Assembly: GCA_012295275.1 (NCBI GenBank)
Contig: CM022673.1
Coordinates: 21,762,001-21,826,000 of the forward strand
Length of the DNA: 64,000 nt
Reading direction: 5' to 3'
Origin: Chrysomallon squamiferum
Lineage: Eukaryota; Animalia; Mollusca
Below, piece after piece: positions 22,048 to 37,010 of this stretch. Position 1 is the stretch's first letter; every line of letters begins with the position of its first letter. Made by a program: the position numbers and the translations under genes. The notes beneath the pieces are model-generated. The model saw only the letters and a list, made by a program, of their open reading frames with translations, had not been told where the DNA came from and ran no database searches.

Positions 22048-24890
22048 TTATCAATCAAACAAAAAAAAAAAAAAAAAAAAAAAATTAAAACAAACAAACA
22101 ACAACAACAAAATAAACAAAAACAAACAACCAATGTAAAATCAATCGTTTTTCTTTTGTTCAGAACGAAGAAACGTCTTTCAGGCAACACTGTATCCATA
22201 TTCAATCGCTTGGCCATGCAGTTCAGAACAGGAGCTGTGGGAGATGGCGGATCTGGTTTTAAAATAAAGATTACACGACTCGGCGGTAAGAATAAAAACT
22301 ACTAACAATGCTTGGTGATTTGATAAGTTTGTCTATCCGGCAAACTTTACTTTGGCTGGTTTTAGAGAGACCTTACGGATTTAACGAAAGCTAGGTGTTT
22401 GAGGTTATCGGGGAGCTTTGATTGCGGGGAGGGACACGAAACGTGTGAATCTTCTTTGGTGAAACAGCTCTGATTTATGATTGTAAGAGGAAGCTCACTT
22501 GTTTATGTAAACATTGTCAGCTGCAAGGTGTGGCCAAATCTTCTCACCCCACCTCTAAACCAGTCATGTTTTATGAAGGTTCTCGTTACATCCAGTTTTT
22601 TTCTGAATCTGACTGATCAGATAACCTCAGAAGAGAACATCCATCAAAAAGACAAAAAAAAAAAATAATAAAAAAAAAAAAAATTAAAACCATCTGTAAA
22701 AAAGAACAGTAAACTGTGATATGAATAATATCACCTTTAAAACAATGCAAAAGAAAATGGAAAATGTTACATAATCTAAGAAATTGGTTTGTTTGTCTAG
22801 GATTTCCTGTTGTTGGTACTGTCATTGTGTTTGTTGTTATTACTATCAGCTGAAGACTACTGTTACAACGTACACGACAGAGGTGCAACTTACGACGGCA
22901 ACTGGAACTACGCCATTGACGGAACAGAATGTCTTCCCTGGGAACTGCGATATAACAAAGATTTTACACTACACGGTTTTTCTGATTTTGAAGGGTATAA
23001 GATTTGTAAAATTTGAAGAAAACTCAAAGTTGAAAGTAGAATACAACAGTAACAATAAATAATAGAAAAATAACGAAAAAAATGTTATAATGATTTTCTA
23101 CCTCTACAAAAAATGAAATAAATAAATAAATACAAATAAAATAAAATAAAATAAAATAAAATACAATAAATAAATAAATAAAAATATCGGAGATAACGCT
23201 GTTTGGTGCTATGTTTTAATTTCTGTGTCATAAAATGTGTGATGTAACTGTGTTTTCTATGATAATTATAGTAAAGTAAAAGTAAGCTATAATGTGAAGA
23301 AAAATCAAATAATGAAAGTTCAATACCATGACAACAATAAGAATAAATAACATAAAATTTAAAGACAAAATAAATTCAAATCATTAAATAATTATAATGA
23401 TTTCCCATATCTATACAAAAAATAAATAAAATAAAATAAAATAAATAAGTAAATAAAAAGATCGGAGATAACACTGTTTGGTGCTATGTTTTAATTTCTG
23501 TGTCATAAAATATGTGATGTAACTGTTTTCTAGGACTACCGCTGATTTTCTCAAAGGAGCAGTGTGCAGAAACCCGCAGGGGAAACTGAACGCGCCAGCG
23601 TGCCTGACTTTCGCCGAGAGAGGCAACTACTCCATAAGATACTGTGATGTTTGTCACATCGGTAAGTAACAGCGTATGATGCACGCTGTAAGTAAATAAG
23701 TCAGTATAATGTCTGAATATTCCAATAGATTGCTAAATATTTAAGCATATCTATACTTTGAATGGCATTTTAAAAATAATTTTAAATAAAAAAATAGAGA
23801 CAGATTATTAAAAATCATTTCTATTCATTAATCCTAATTAGTTATTTTTATTTATAAGACAGAAAGAGTTGCTGGAAATATAAAATATTTTTGAACGGGA
23901 TATTGACGTGTTTTCAGAATATGGTATAAAAGACGTAGATGATAATTGTCTGAAGGCAGTGTCCACTGACCAAGGAATCTGTTCTGGCCAAACTGCAGGA
24001 AAATGTCTTAAAACGTGTGCATCGTTACGTCACATTAATATACCAGCGGTACCAGTCAGTACGTTATATTTTCACTCTTTGAGTGAATCTCTCTATTCAT
24101 CTTTCTGTCTTGTATCAGAGACTATTATGCCGACATACACAAACACACACACACACATGTAGTGCCCACAAATGTAACGAGTCGAACTCAAGTGTTACAA
24201 AGGTCTTGGCCACAAATGTTACAATTTACATTGGTGGTTTTTGTGATTTTTCTTCTATGGGCATTTCGGGGCGAAACCTTTTGTCAAATATAGTATTCCT
24301 TTCTCGGCAGGATCACAGGTTCAGTTCCCACAGTAGCATCTCCTAAAGTGTTACATTATTAGCACCAACTTAGTTTTTTGAAAACTCTATAATAAATCAA
24401 TATTACATAGAAAAACCCCACTTTTATATAAAAAGACTTATGCTATTTTCAGCACTATATAAAAAAAGTTCGTGTGAAGAAGACTGACATGCTCGGTCGA
24501 ACCCGTTACATGGACATCTTTATTTAACAATCACTCCTTTATAGCGGGCATTTCACAAACTACTTTATGCATCTATTTTAATAGTATATAACGAGCACGT
24601 GCTAATAGAGTTGACTTTTTGTAAGTTCATTTATAAAGCAGCAATACAGAGATTTTACAGGAAAATGCCTCGTAAGTAAAAAATATATGCATAATCCATT
24701 TGTTGAGTAAGTGTCCACTCATGGTGCAGTGAATCATCAGATCAGTCTTGCCTAGTGGACCCACTGAACTATTTCTCCTTCAGACCAGTGATCCACAACT
24801 AGTCTAGTAATGGCCTTGATATTTGCTTTTCTGTCTGTGGGATGGAAAATATAAATTACCCCTTGCTGTTAATCGGGAAAATTATCCCAT

Positions 24891-24979
<89 letters not shown>

Positions 24980-25091
24980 CAAATACTGAATGTATGAAAT
25001 ATCCCACGAACTGTGATATCATAATAGAAGGACGAGTTCAGCGCAAGAGCGTAATATAAGGTCGATCCACCTCGTTGGACTCCTTTAATTA

Positions 25092-25390
25092 GGAGCGGGA
25101 CGTAGATCTCAGGTAGAGCGTACGATCACGGAACGGTGAGACCATCAGGTGGACCCTTTGAACTATTTCCCAATCTAGCCAATGCTCCACAACTAGTGTA
25201 AAAAGGTCGTGATGCATGCTTTCCTGTCTGTAGGATGGTGGCGTCAGTTATCGCTTGCTGCTAATCATAAAGAGTAGCCTCTTTGGCGGGAGCGGGTTTC
25301 CTTTCTATCATAATGGTCATTAAACACATGCCTGACGTCAGATAACCATAAATGAGCGTATCGTTAAATAAAATATGTTTATCTTTCTCT
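25092..25390 (+). mobile_element. tRNA-derived SINE with Meta/MESC-like core (another fragment at ~24720-24880)
   Basis: tRNA-like head ggagcgggacgtag..ggtagagcg, core ccaatgctccacaactagtg...cctgtctgtaggatggtg...ttgctgctaatc..agagtagcc and tail cgttaaataaaa. Recognised from memory of mollusc SINEs. Confidence 0.7.
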
Positions 25391-25949
25391 CATTTAGTCA
25401 TGTCGTGTTCCAACCAGTGATTAATAAATAGTACATAAAAGGACCGTGCTCTGTGATATGATCTGATATATATATAAAATGTAACATAATATAAAGTATA
25501 TTCATCTTTCTTTTGTTATAAAGATTCCGCAACATAAAATAGTTGGGTTTTCTTTCTACTTATATTGTTCATGAATAAATACTTGAAGATATAATTTAAA
25601 ATTTTAAAGCACAAATTAATAAACAATTTTGGGGAAAAGCCGCTTTGATGTAATTTTGACAAAGCACACGCAATTATAATAAAAGGAAATCACTGTCGTT
25701 TTTATGCTACAACTATTCTGTAGGTTTACTGATATCAATAATATAGTCATATCATCTCATATTAATAAAAACTATTTTTATTAAAAAACACAATAACTTA
25801 ACAATAACAAGAAAGGGGCAGTGTTTTTGCCTTTTAATAATTTTGAAATAACTTTCTCTTCCATAATCTTTAAACGGATGTGTTGTGAAACAAACTATGC
25901 CGTACTGTTACCAAATAAAAATATATCTTAACGTAAAAGAATTTAATGG

Positions 25950-27830
25950 CACCAATACACGTTTGTTATTTTGAACCACCCTGGTCCCTTGCTGTCCACA
26001 CGTTCAAGTACGAGCCAGGCACTAAACCGTTTATTGTTTTGCAAGATTGAGATTTTTAAACCTATCGAACTTTGTGACCCAGTACGTCTGATTATGCGAT
26101 CAGCTGGAAAGTAATGCAGCAAGCCATCATCAAAGTAAATGAATTTGGAAACTGTGGTTTCGTAGACACCGGTTCAAGGCTCTGTGGAAAGCGTGATTCT
26201 GACAGGTACTGCTCACTTGATACAACGAGTCTTGCGTTCCTCCTTGTAACGTTTCCAATATCCATAGCGCTTTGCGCCAAATACGGCTGAAACTTTAAGT
26301 ATTTTACAATTTCTTGCATCAAGGTTTCGGCAAATCTATATACTCCAGCGGGGTCAAACACTATGCTTAAACAACCTGTTCAGAAATATCTTGCAATGCA
26401 TCGTTGGGATATTTAAGTCTTTTACCAATTTCTCGGATCCGATGAAGTTGCACCGTTTTTACTGAAACTATACTTGAGCCGGATGTACATATTTATGTCT
26501 AGATTTCGTTTAAGAACATGAGCTATAAAATTCTTTATTTTCGTTGTATTTTATATCTAGGTTTTTATATTTTATGAGAACTGCCTCACCTCTTCGAGGG
26601 TATCCTTAGCTCTGTATTCTTTTAGATGATGTAACCATTTCTTTACAGTACATACATTACTTTAGCATGAATTTTGTATTAGTTTCCGTCCGAAAAAAGT
26701 TGAAATGGTTTTTCTATTTGAGACATCTACGTTGTGTTTAGTTTAATATCGTTTCATACTGTGATAACTCTTTTGTCCAGTTAACCCATAAACCACTCCC
26801 CATCGACATCAGATCGAACGCAATTATATATAAGTATATATTGTTAATACACTTATATTTGCCAGTGTTCAGCACACTGTCTTTAGTCATGTCAAGTAAA
26901 TCGATCTGTAGATGACCATACACATGCTTAAATGTCTGAACAAAGAGGTGCTGCATTCGAAAAGCGAACTTTTAACATAAGATTTATACGATTTGTTTCC
27001 AGATGATGACGTATGTTCGTTTCCCCGAAGCCACAAACCTTTTTTTCTAAGTTTATGAAATAAACTTCTGATTCCACTTCCTTTGGTTTGAGTAAATCCA
27101 GCATTTATGATTGATAAGATTTCCGACTGCTTGACAACTTATTTACCTTTAAACAATAATATAAAATGATTTTCTTTCACGTAATAACTGAAATAGTCCT
27201 TAAAACGGTAGTATTAATTATGCATAATGGCTATATACGCAGGTAACAGTAAATAACAGCATTAGTTAAATTGTGTATATATTGTTTCAATATTGTTTAC
27301 TACCGAATGTACATATAGTTACTAACAATTTGTAATATAAGATCACTGGTATGTGCGTTATTTTATAGCTCTCGGCTCATATTGTTACGTATTAATGTAC
27401 TTGGGTATTTTATTTATTGTCAGGATTATTGCAATCAGTCTACTTGGGATAAGACGTCTTTTGTCTACAGCGGTCCTAGTGTTAATTGCAGTCGATCTGT
27501 CACAATTTTAAATAATGATATGTCTGTTGTTAGATTGGATGGATTGTAACTTGACGACTTTGGCGATTATAACTTACGTTGCTAGAGTTAAATATATTTA
27601 ATTTTAATCCGCGTATGGCATGCGAGGCGTTTTTCATCACTGTGATGATACTTATCATTAATGGTATTTTCAAATGTATCAACATTGAAATTCCTATCAA
27701 AACTGCTACTTGCTTTCGCAACATTAAACTGGCCATGCCCAGCAGTTATCGTTACACTGCTGGTTACACCTAATTCCTCCACTAGGGGTGTAAAACGTAT
27801 TAGGATTTCGGGAAACACACATATATATCA
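25950..27830 (-). mobile_element. Decayed Ginger-like (integrase-type DNA transposon) coding relic, possibly with an OTU-like domain
   Basis: Frameshifted minus-strand pieces: VVKQSEILSII..TKGSGIRSLFHKL / CGFGETNI..RFSNAAPL / HLQIDLLDM / FDL...VNWTKELSQYETILN...FFGR resemble Ginger/KRBA2-type integrase with the catalytic middle deleted. AETLMQEIVKYL...EQYL is OTU-like. Confidence 0.55.
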
Positions 27831-28277
27831 TACTGATGAACTAAAAACGTAACAATGATTTAGTAATATAGATTTTATTATCTGACGCTGAGAGTGAAAT
27901 TAACCAACTACTGTGATATATTCAGATACACGAATATAGAAATGATATGACTGGTTCATTCGTATAGGTCTGATACATTGTAATTAGATTTTCAGTATCA
28001 TATATTTCCAAGTTGGTGTTGCGTTTCGTTTTCATAGTTCATCGATTGGTTAGTGGTAATTGATGTGCCGCTTTTGTCTTGCATGTTCAGTAACAAAGTT
28101 TGCCGACCTTTTGAATGTCACACATAAGAGACTCATGATGGCTTTGCAAATATATTTCAAAAATGTTTATGTAATTTGAAAAATTCAATTTACCAATTTA
28201 AATTTTTGGCTGTTAACTACGCCAATTATAATTTTATAACACTGCTTCGCTAAGATCTTAGTGTAAATGAGACAGAC

Positions 28278-28377
<100 letters not shown>

Positions 28378-29022
28378 GTCATGAGTACATGTGATATTCT
28401 TTCCGATTAACACCATACGATGGGCAGGATAGCAGATACATCAATTGCGGTGACTGGCTGGAACAACAAAGGGTCCACTAGGCAAGACTGATCTGATAAT
28501 TCTCTGCACCGTGAATGGACACTTCCTCAACAAATGGATTATGCAAATATTTTTTCTTCTTCTCTGTATTGCTGTTTTACAAAGGAACATAAAAAAGGTC
28601 AACTCTGTTAGCAGGTGGTCGTTATATACACTTAAAATAGATGCCTAAAGTAGTGTGTCATATGCCCGCTATAGAGGATTGGTTGTTAAATAAAGATGTC
28701 CATGTAACGGGTTCAACCGAACATGTCAATCTTGTTCATACAGTCTTTTTATATAGTGCTGAACATAGTACAAGAGTCATTTTGTTCAACAATGCCTTTT
28801 TTTTCAGTGTAATATTAATTTATTACCTAGTTTTCAAACCACTAAGTTGGTACTGATAATGTAACACTTTAGGAGATGCTACAGTGAGAATTGTATCTGT
28901 GATCCTGCCGAGCAAGGGACAGTATGTTTGACAAAGGGTTTCGCCCCTAAACTACACAAGAAGAAAACTCACAAAAACCGCCAGTGTAAATTGTGACATT
29001 TGTGGTTGTTGAGTGGCAACAT

Positions 29023-29138
29023 TTGTGGTCGAGACCTTTGTGACATCTGTGGTCGAGACCTTTGTGACATCTGTGGTCGAGACCTTTGTGACATCTGTGG
29101 TCGAGACCTTTGTGACATCTGTGGTCGAGACCTTTGTG
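29023..29138. repeat. 24-bp tandem repeat, ~5 units
   Basis: Unit tgtggtcgagacctttgtgacatc, at the outer end of the right inverted arm. Confidence 0.93.
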
Positions 29139-30052
29139 TCGTTGCAACATTTATACATACATTCACACATGTTCATAAATGCATACACATACACAAACAC
29201 ACACACATGCACAGTCCCACACTCGTACATATATACACAAACTGAATATGATGGTTGTATTATAAAATGTGTTTGTTTTTCTTGTCCTTTCAGTAAAACA
29301 CGTTACTTGTCCATCACCCCCGATTCAGCAAGGTCAAGTGAATGGTATACGATCAAAATATCATCCTGGGGATGAAATTCAATTCAAATGTCAAAATGGT
29401 TTGTACAACGTCTGGGAAATGGACAGAATGGAAGGAACCTTGCTTAGGTAATAAATAAATAAATAAATAAATAAATACTTTTTTGTACTTACGTATTTGT
29501 TTGTTTGTTTATTTGTTTGTTTGTTTGTTTATTTATTATTCTTCCACTAAGGTTGTCCTCCTAGCTGGGCCGAGTTCATGGGGAAATGCTATAAAATGGT
29601 AGCTCGTTCTGACTCGTGGTTTTCTGCGAAAAGTTACTGCAAGGACAACTTTGCCGCTACATTAGTGAACATTAAAACATTCGCTGTCAACGACTTCCTC
29701 GTCAAATGGAGATCATTCGTAAGGTAATGACTGTGATTTTTTTTTTTGTTGTTTTTTGGAATGTGAACGCTTTGAAAAAATTGCACCCAGGTTCTACATG
29801 ATGACATTAAATGAAATGAAAACTTATATTGTGAAAACTGATTTCTGGTTGATAACTAGCTCCACTGAGTTTACTTCACGTTCCTAAGTTTAACCTAGGT
29901 ATTTTTATTTATGTGAGAGAAATAAAAAAATAAGGGAATTAAACGAATTTCTGAAAAAGAAACAGTTAAAAAGTATTCTAGTAAAATGAAAAGAACATGC
30001 ATCGAAAAAATATGTAAATAACTAAATAACTAACTAAATAAATAAATAAAAA

Positions 30053-30103
<51 letters not shown>

Positions 30104-31465
30104 CATAATAATAATAAATAAATAAATAAACAAATACATTTTAAAAAGTTTAAAAATAAAAGTTAAAAAAATATAATAATAAATAAATATTTGAGAAAGA
30201 ATTCTCTTACAAATGGAAAAGAAAAGGAAAATTCGAAAGATTAAATTCACTGCAAAGCAAAATAAATGTGAATGAAAAAGTATACTATGAATAAATATCT
30301 GACTATACTAATACTACTACCAGCTTCTATAATTACTACTACTGTTACTGCTACTGATCTAATTTCCACTACTAATATAACAAATGTTAATAACTTGATA
30401 CTGAAGCGTTCAAAGGAAACATGTATATATATGGTTATATTTTCCATATTTGACTTAGAATGGAAGATCAGTGGTGGATAGGTGGAAGAAGATGGGATTT
30501 TTTCTGGAAGTGGGATGATGAATCTAAAATGAAACATTTCGAAACCAAACGTCTTTTTAATTTTTGGAGTAAATAGATTTTCTTTTACTTAACGAAGCAA
30601 CATATTGTTGTTTATAACTGTCCCTGTTCATGTATGTGCGTGTGTTATGTGTGTGTGGGTGCTGCGAAACTGTTGGTGGCGTGCCATATTTTTATATTTT
30701 ACACCAATTTCTTCACACGTAAAGTTGACATGTTAATAATGTTTGATTCACGAAAGAAGATTACAAACAGCGTCATTTTGACTGACCTTACATTTATTTT
30801 TTGGAGTGTGTTTGTTGTTATTTTGATGAATTCATATGATAATTTGTTATTTCTGTGAATTCATGTGATATATATTTATAATTATTATTTCTGTGAATAT
30901 CATCTGATATATGTCATTATTTGTATATGTGATTTCCTATCATGAATTTCATTACTTGCTATTCCTGTGAATTCCTGTGGTAAATGTTATTTCTTGAAAC
31001 TTCATACATACATATACACACACATATATATATACATATTCACATACATACATAAACATAGATACATACAAATACATACATACATACATACATACATACA
31101 TAAATATAGACATACATATACATACATACATACATACATCTGCATATACCTATTTTATTCCATACAGTTGAGAGGTTTTCGAAGTGTGCTCTACACGAAA
31201 ACAGGAAAAAGTGGAAGGTGGCTATATGTAGCGAATATAATAAATATATCTGCGTTAAACCACTGAACGGTATGTATAGCAGTAAAGACAGAGAGTCAGT
31301 TATAGATAAGGAGCTTAAAACAGAGCAAGAATATATATATGTGTGTGTGTGTGTGTGTAGGAATATGTGTATGTATGTGTGTATATATATATATATATAT
31401 ACACACAGAGGGAGAGAGAAAGTGTATGTAGAGTGTATTGAGAAATATTATGGCTTTCAGCAGAA

Positions 31466-31578
<113 letters not shown>

Positions 31579-33558
31579 TTTGTCATACTAGTGATAAAAT
31601 TAATGTAATGACTTCTAACAGGAAGTCCTATGAAGTGCACAGATCGTAAAGAGGAATGTTCAACTCTGTTAAATGAAAACCCGAGAGCCTGCTAAGACCC
31701 CGTTATAAAAACCAACGTTTGTCCGTACACGTGTGGCGCTGATGTTTGTAAAGCAGAGGGTAAAATATTATTGTTATTATTATTATTATTTTTATTATTA
31801 TTATTGTTATTATTATCATTATTATTATTATTTATATTATTATTATTTTTATTATTATTATTATTACTGTTGTTGTTGTTATTGTTGTATTTCATGTTGT
31901 TGTTTTTTGCATGAAATGCTACTTTATTTTTAACTAATCAGGGTCTTGTAATTTGAAGTAGTCATGTACATTTATGAATCACATATGTTTTCAGTTATAT
32001 TACACTGTTACAACCCACATACTGATGACTGAAATAGTACTGAAATATCATAAAACAATTCAGTTAGAAGTGTTAAACTTCATTATGCATATATATATAT
32101 GTATACTGAGTGTGCGTTCTGCAACCTAAATCTGACATGTGATCACTGCAGTATTATGAATCATATATACATATATTAAAACAAACAGGAATTCACAGGA
32201 ATAATAAATAACGAAATACATCACAGGAATTCACAGGAATAAAAAATGGTGACATATATAATAATTTTAAAAACCACTGTTACATGTATATAATGATAAA
32301 CAAAAATAATTTAATAATGTATCTGTAAATTTTGTCGCAAAAACATTAAAACCACCAATATATAGAGATGTATGTCTCTGTTAATAAAAATATATATCTC
32401 TATATACTGATGTAAAAGAAAACAACATAAGAAAACACCCCCCACCAAAAAAAAAAAAAAAAAAAATGAAAAAAAAGAAAAAAAAGAACGAAGAACAAAC
32501 AACTACCAGTCAACCAAACCATGTGACCTTAGAGGTCAAGCACTGCATCTGAAACCTTTGTGCTTGGCCACTGTAATGAAAAGTGCAGCATGTCTTTATA
32601 TGTATTTTATTTGCTTTGTCGATGACGCACTCGACGACAATCAGAGATAGAACGTATTTATTTATTTTTTTTTTATTGGATTTATTTTATTTTTATTTTT
32701 TTTTTGGTGTTTATGCTCTTTTCATTTTACAAAAATAATGTTTAACGGTTTCTTTTTTAGAAATTGGTTCAATTCCTTTACTCTTTTGCTTTTCTCATGT
32801 AAATAACGAATTGAGGATAAACCTAGGAACGTGAAGTAAACAGACTTGAGCTAGTTATAAACCAGAAATCAGTTTACTATTAAGATATTTTTTCAAAGTT
32901 TTCAAACTGCAACAGTAAAAAAGATCAACCATCAATTTGCTTATCCGTAATTAATCTTTTTAGTTCAGGTTTCAAATATTACTGAATATTATAATGCATT
33001 GTGAAAAGAGTCTACATTATTTTCATATATCTCAAGAGCAAATCATTTTACTCGAGTAGTTTTTAATAGAAAACGGTATTGCTGGTTAAACTAGACTAAA
33101 CTTCTAAATGAAAGTTTTTGTTTTATTGACGTGAAAACTATTTTAGTATTGTTTTCACGAATACTGTTTATTAATATATTATAATTACTACTTCGACTTA
33201 GTAGGCTCTGATTTTTAAATAAATGTTTTAAATAGGTAAAAATTAACAAAATCACACGTAACATTGGTATAAATAAACAAATGAAATATGTCTTGTTTAG
33301 TTTCCTGTTCACTGTATTGCATTTTGCAGTCACGTGCAATGTTAAGTCAGATCCATCAAATGGAGTTTTGATTGGAGATAAAAGAGGACTGGCCCCTGGA
33401 GAAACTGTGGAATTTAAGTGTAATACGGGTTATGTACAACAGGGTGGATCGCTTGTCAGAGCTTGTATGAGAGACGGCTCACTCTCTGGACCGGAACCTT
33501 TTTGCATACGTAATGTTGTTTCTTTTACTTGTAGAAATTGTTTTAATTTTAACTAAAT

Positions 33559-33698
<140 letters not shown>

Positions 33699-36559
33699 GT
33701 CTGTCTGTCTGTCTGTCTGTTTCTCACGCTAAGTTGCCACACTGAATTATTGTCATTCAATACATGGGCCGTAACATGCCAATAGCGTAATATTTGTAAA
33801 AAGAAGTTACAGTGTATTTGTTTGGTTTATTCTAAAAAGGTATTTCTCACAGACTTCCGTTTCTTTCTGTCTAGTTGCTTCTAAAGCTGTAACAAAAATG
33901 AACCATATAATTCCTGGCATGTTCCGATCATCGGTGTCGCAGCCTATGACAGCGTTTACAGGAGAATCGAAACAGTTTCTGATCACTCGTGATGGTAAAA
34001 TCCATTCCTGGGAGGTCTACTGTTTGTGTGATGGTCCAGTTCAGATGCAGGTGTGGCGCCCTATACAAAATATGTGAGTGATAAGATCTAGAAAACTCGT
34101 AATCTTCATTAGGTAGTTCTAAAAAGGAACGAAGAAAGTGTTTATCTGATGAATCATTATTAATGTACTGATCACCTAGAAGTCAAGGGAAAAAACTTAC
34201 TGCTGTCATTCAGTGGAGTTCTGTTTTTTAAGATGAATGTTGAAAAGACAGGAAAGCACTTCGAAAAATCATTTGCGTTAGAGTTGAAAACAGCACATAA
34301 AGGACTTGCACAGGTGACAGCAGAGTACACTGTAGCTGAGATAGTGTTTAGTTCTAATGTATACAAATACATTTCTTGTAGATATCAACAGTACTCCTAC
34401 ATATTAATACTACAATACAAGTACAAATACCAATACGAATTTAAAAATAAAATAAAGAACGGTTCTTCCGTTTTTTATTGAAGAATTTACTTCAGTTTAT
34501 CTCTCCTATTTTGTTTATTTATTTAACAGGGTTTATCACCTAGTAGATGCCAACACAATACAGTGTTTCTCAGGGATGTTGAGGAAAGTAACTGTCACAG
34601 AACCAAACAGGATATCTGTGAGAACTGGAGATACAATTGGTCTGCTCAGCTTTCAGGGCAGCTGTTTCACTTACTACAGTTGCAGAAGAAGTAAGGATAA
34701 CGAATACTACCCGATCCACCTCACCTGGTTCTCCCGTGGACAGGACTCGCAGGCTGAAATTAACAAAACTTTCTCGGGAAATGACTGCATGATATTTTCT
34801 GTGAATGCCGTGGTGGGACCTTGAGGTAAAAAAATTATTGTACTGATGTATTTAAATGTGTAAAACTGAATGTAATTACTGTGAACGTGACATCTGCTAA
34901 TTTCCCATGTTGTGTTTCAGACGCTATTTATTAAAGATGTATGCATTTTTACAGCACCAATTCTAATTCAGTCTTTATTAAAAGTTTAAGACCTAAGTGT
35001 AATAATGGCCGATCATAGGTTTTCGACAAATTTAATAACACAGTTACCTCACCGATAACTGTTACGTTACTTCACACCAGCCGTAATTTTGCTGGAGATT
35101 CGGAAAAAATATAACTAGATTTCTCAAAATCACTTACTTATTTAAGAAGAATTCTATTATACGTGTCCACTAGTATATATAGCTGCTGTTTATGTGTTTC
35201 CGTATATACCACATTCGCGCTCGTTCTGTCTATCCATTCTCGGCTTTATTTTGAAGAACAAAACAAGAAAGTTATCACAGAGTAAATCAAATGTGCATTT
35301 ACGTCCAAACGTTTGCATGTACTATATTTATCTCGCATTTCAGTTTTTCCTCATCGTAAGTATATGTAATATATTTAAATTTAAAGGTAACTAACGACGA
35401 CTAGCATGACATGGTTTTGCGCGATATATATATATGTGTATATAAAGTTATTTTATTTCATACAAATCAGTATATAGTTCTTTCAAAATATATGCTGTAC
35501 AACGAATAAAATTTGCTATCATATTGTTGCTTTTTTCTGCAAAAGACTCCATTGTATAATAAAATAACATTTAGTTTATACTGCACGATTGCTCGCTGTG
35601 AAGAATGTTCATGGATGGCCATGAAAATTCGAATAAAGGAAAGTTACGATACGATAACAATTCAAGTTATACCATACCTCTATACGATACCTCTAGGTTC
35701 TAAGCATTCGTCCATCTGTCTATGTATATTCACACATATACAAACATCAACGTACACAAAGTGCATACATACATATGGACAGTTGGTTGGACAACCAAAT
35801 AGACAGACATACATGCTCAAAGCCATACTCTCTCCATTGACTGTACCAGCCATTACATAATTAAAACAATACATTTAAAAAAATATATGACTCAGGAAAT
35901 ATGCTTTTTGAGAAAAACTTACCAAAATATTACCCCACACTGTAAAAAAAAATAATAATAAAAGAATAATAATAAAAAAATATTAAACACAGAGGGTGAA
36001 ATGTTGATAAATGGATAACTGTCCTCAGTAATTTGTCAAATAAGCTTCGAGGGCAGATTATCTAGTCTTGAGTAACTTTCCTCCTTTACATCACTGATTT
36101 TCCTGTTAAAGGATGAATAGAGGAGAATGCATATTCACTATAAAAATATCCTTTTATTAGAGTGAAAATATATACGATAATTAAGAGACAAACATTTGTT
36201 CAGTAATCTAACAGCTAATACATATTGTCCTCATGTATGTATGTATGTATCAGTTTATCATTAAGGACCATAAAAGTTTGAATGTTGCCTAGATGTGATC
36301 TCATAATACGCCACCAAGAATTTTACAGTGGCACAGAAAAACTGGGTTTCAGATGCTCTAAGGTAAAAGAAATAATGACAATTTTTAAAGAGATTTGCCC
36401 TTTTAAAGCTGCTTTGCTTCTTTCAAGTTCCGCAACAATAAATATGATACATGAATATTTTTTACCATCCAGCGGAAATGTGACCATCAGGTAACTTTTC
36501 ATGCTGACTATACAATGGCATTTTCTTTTGATTTAAAAATACTGTGATCTGATTTCCTC

Positions 36560-37010
36560 TGAGTCTTTGAGTTTGATGAACTTAATGCTAGGACTATATT
36601 TTGTGATGTAACCTCTTTGGTTCTGAAAGATCATGTCCAATCTAAACATGCTGTAGCCTGAGAGTATGCAAATGATCTTTGGCTTGAACTCTCTCCACTT
36701 GCGTTTTCCAAGTTTCTGTCTTGTCAACATCTCCCTCAGGTATGTCTTTTGGTCCTCATACTGGAGAGGGGTGTCATCAAATTTTAGGTTACCAGCTTCC
36801 AGCTTTGTGGAGCGTGAGATGAGAGTGGCAGTTGATTTGTCTTTGTTGATTGCTGTAGCTGCACACTCCACCGAACACCACAAAACTAGGTAATCTGCAT
36901 ACAGTGCTGCGTGTATCCGTTTGGGTAGCTGTGTGACGAAGTCATTGATAAAGATGATGAAAACAGTAGGTGATAGTAGTATTCCCTTTGGTACTTCATG
37001 GCGCAATTTT
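36560..37010 (-). mobile_element. Non-LTR retrotransposon reverse transcriptase fragment
   Basis: EVPKGILLSPTVFIIFIND...ALYADYLVLW...INKDKS...TYL corresponds to degenerate GVPQG..LSP.LF...IND / YADD. Higher-GC LINE-like debris continues to ~37700. Confidence 0.85.

Noticed and set aside
22810-23016. Apparent small secreted protein MLVLSLCLLLLLSAEDY...
   Set aside because: The 'signal peptide' is T-rich intron sequence upstream of the kringle exon acceptor and starts at a non-ATG codon.
28947-29375. Overlapping repetitive ORFs (KVSTTDVT, CGRDLCDI)
   Set aside because: They arise from a stop-free 24-bp tandem repeat in an intron.
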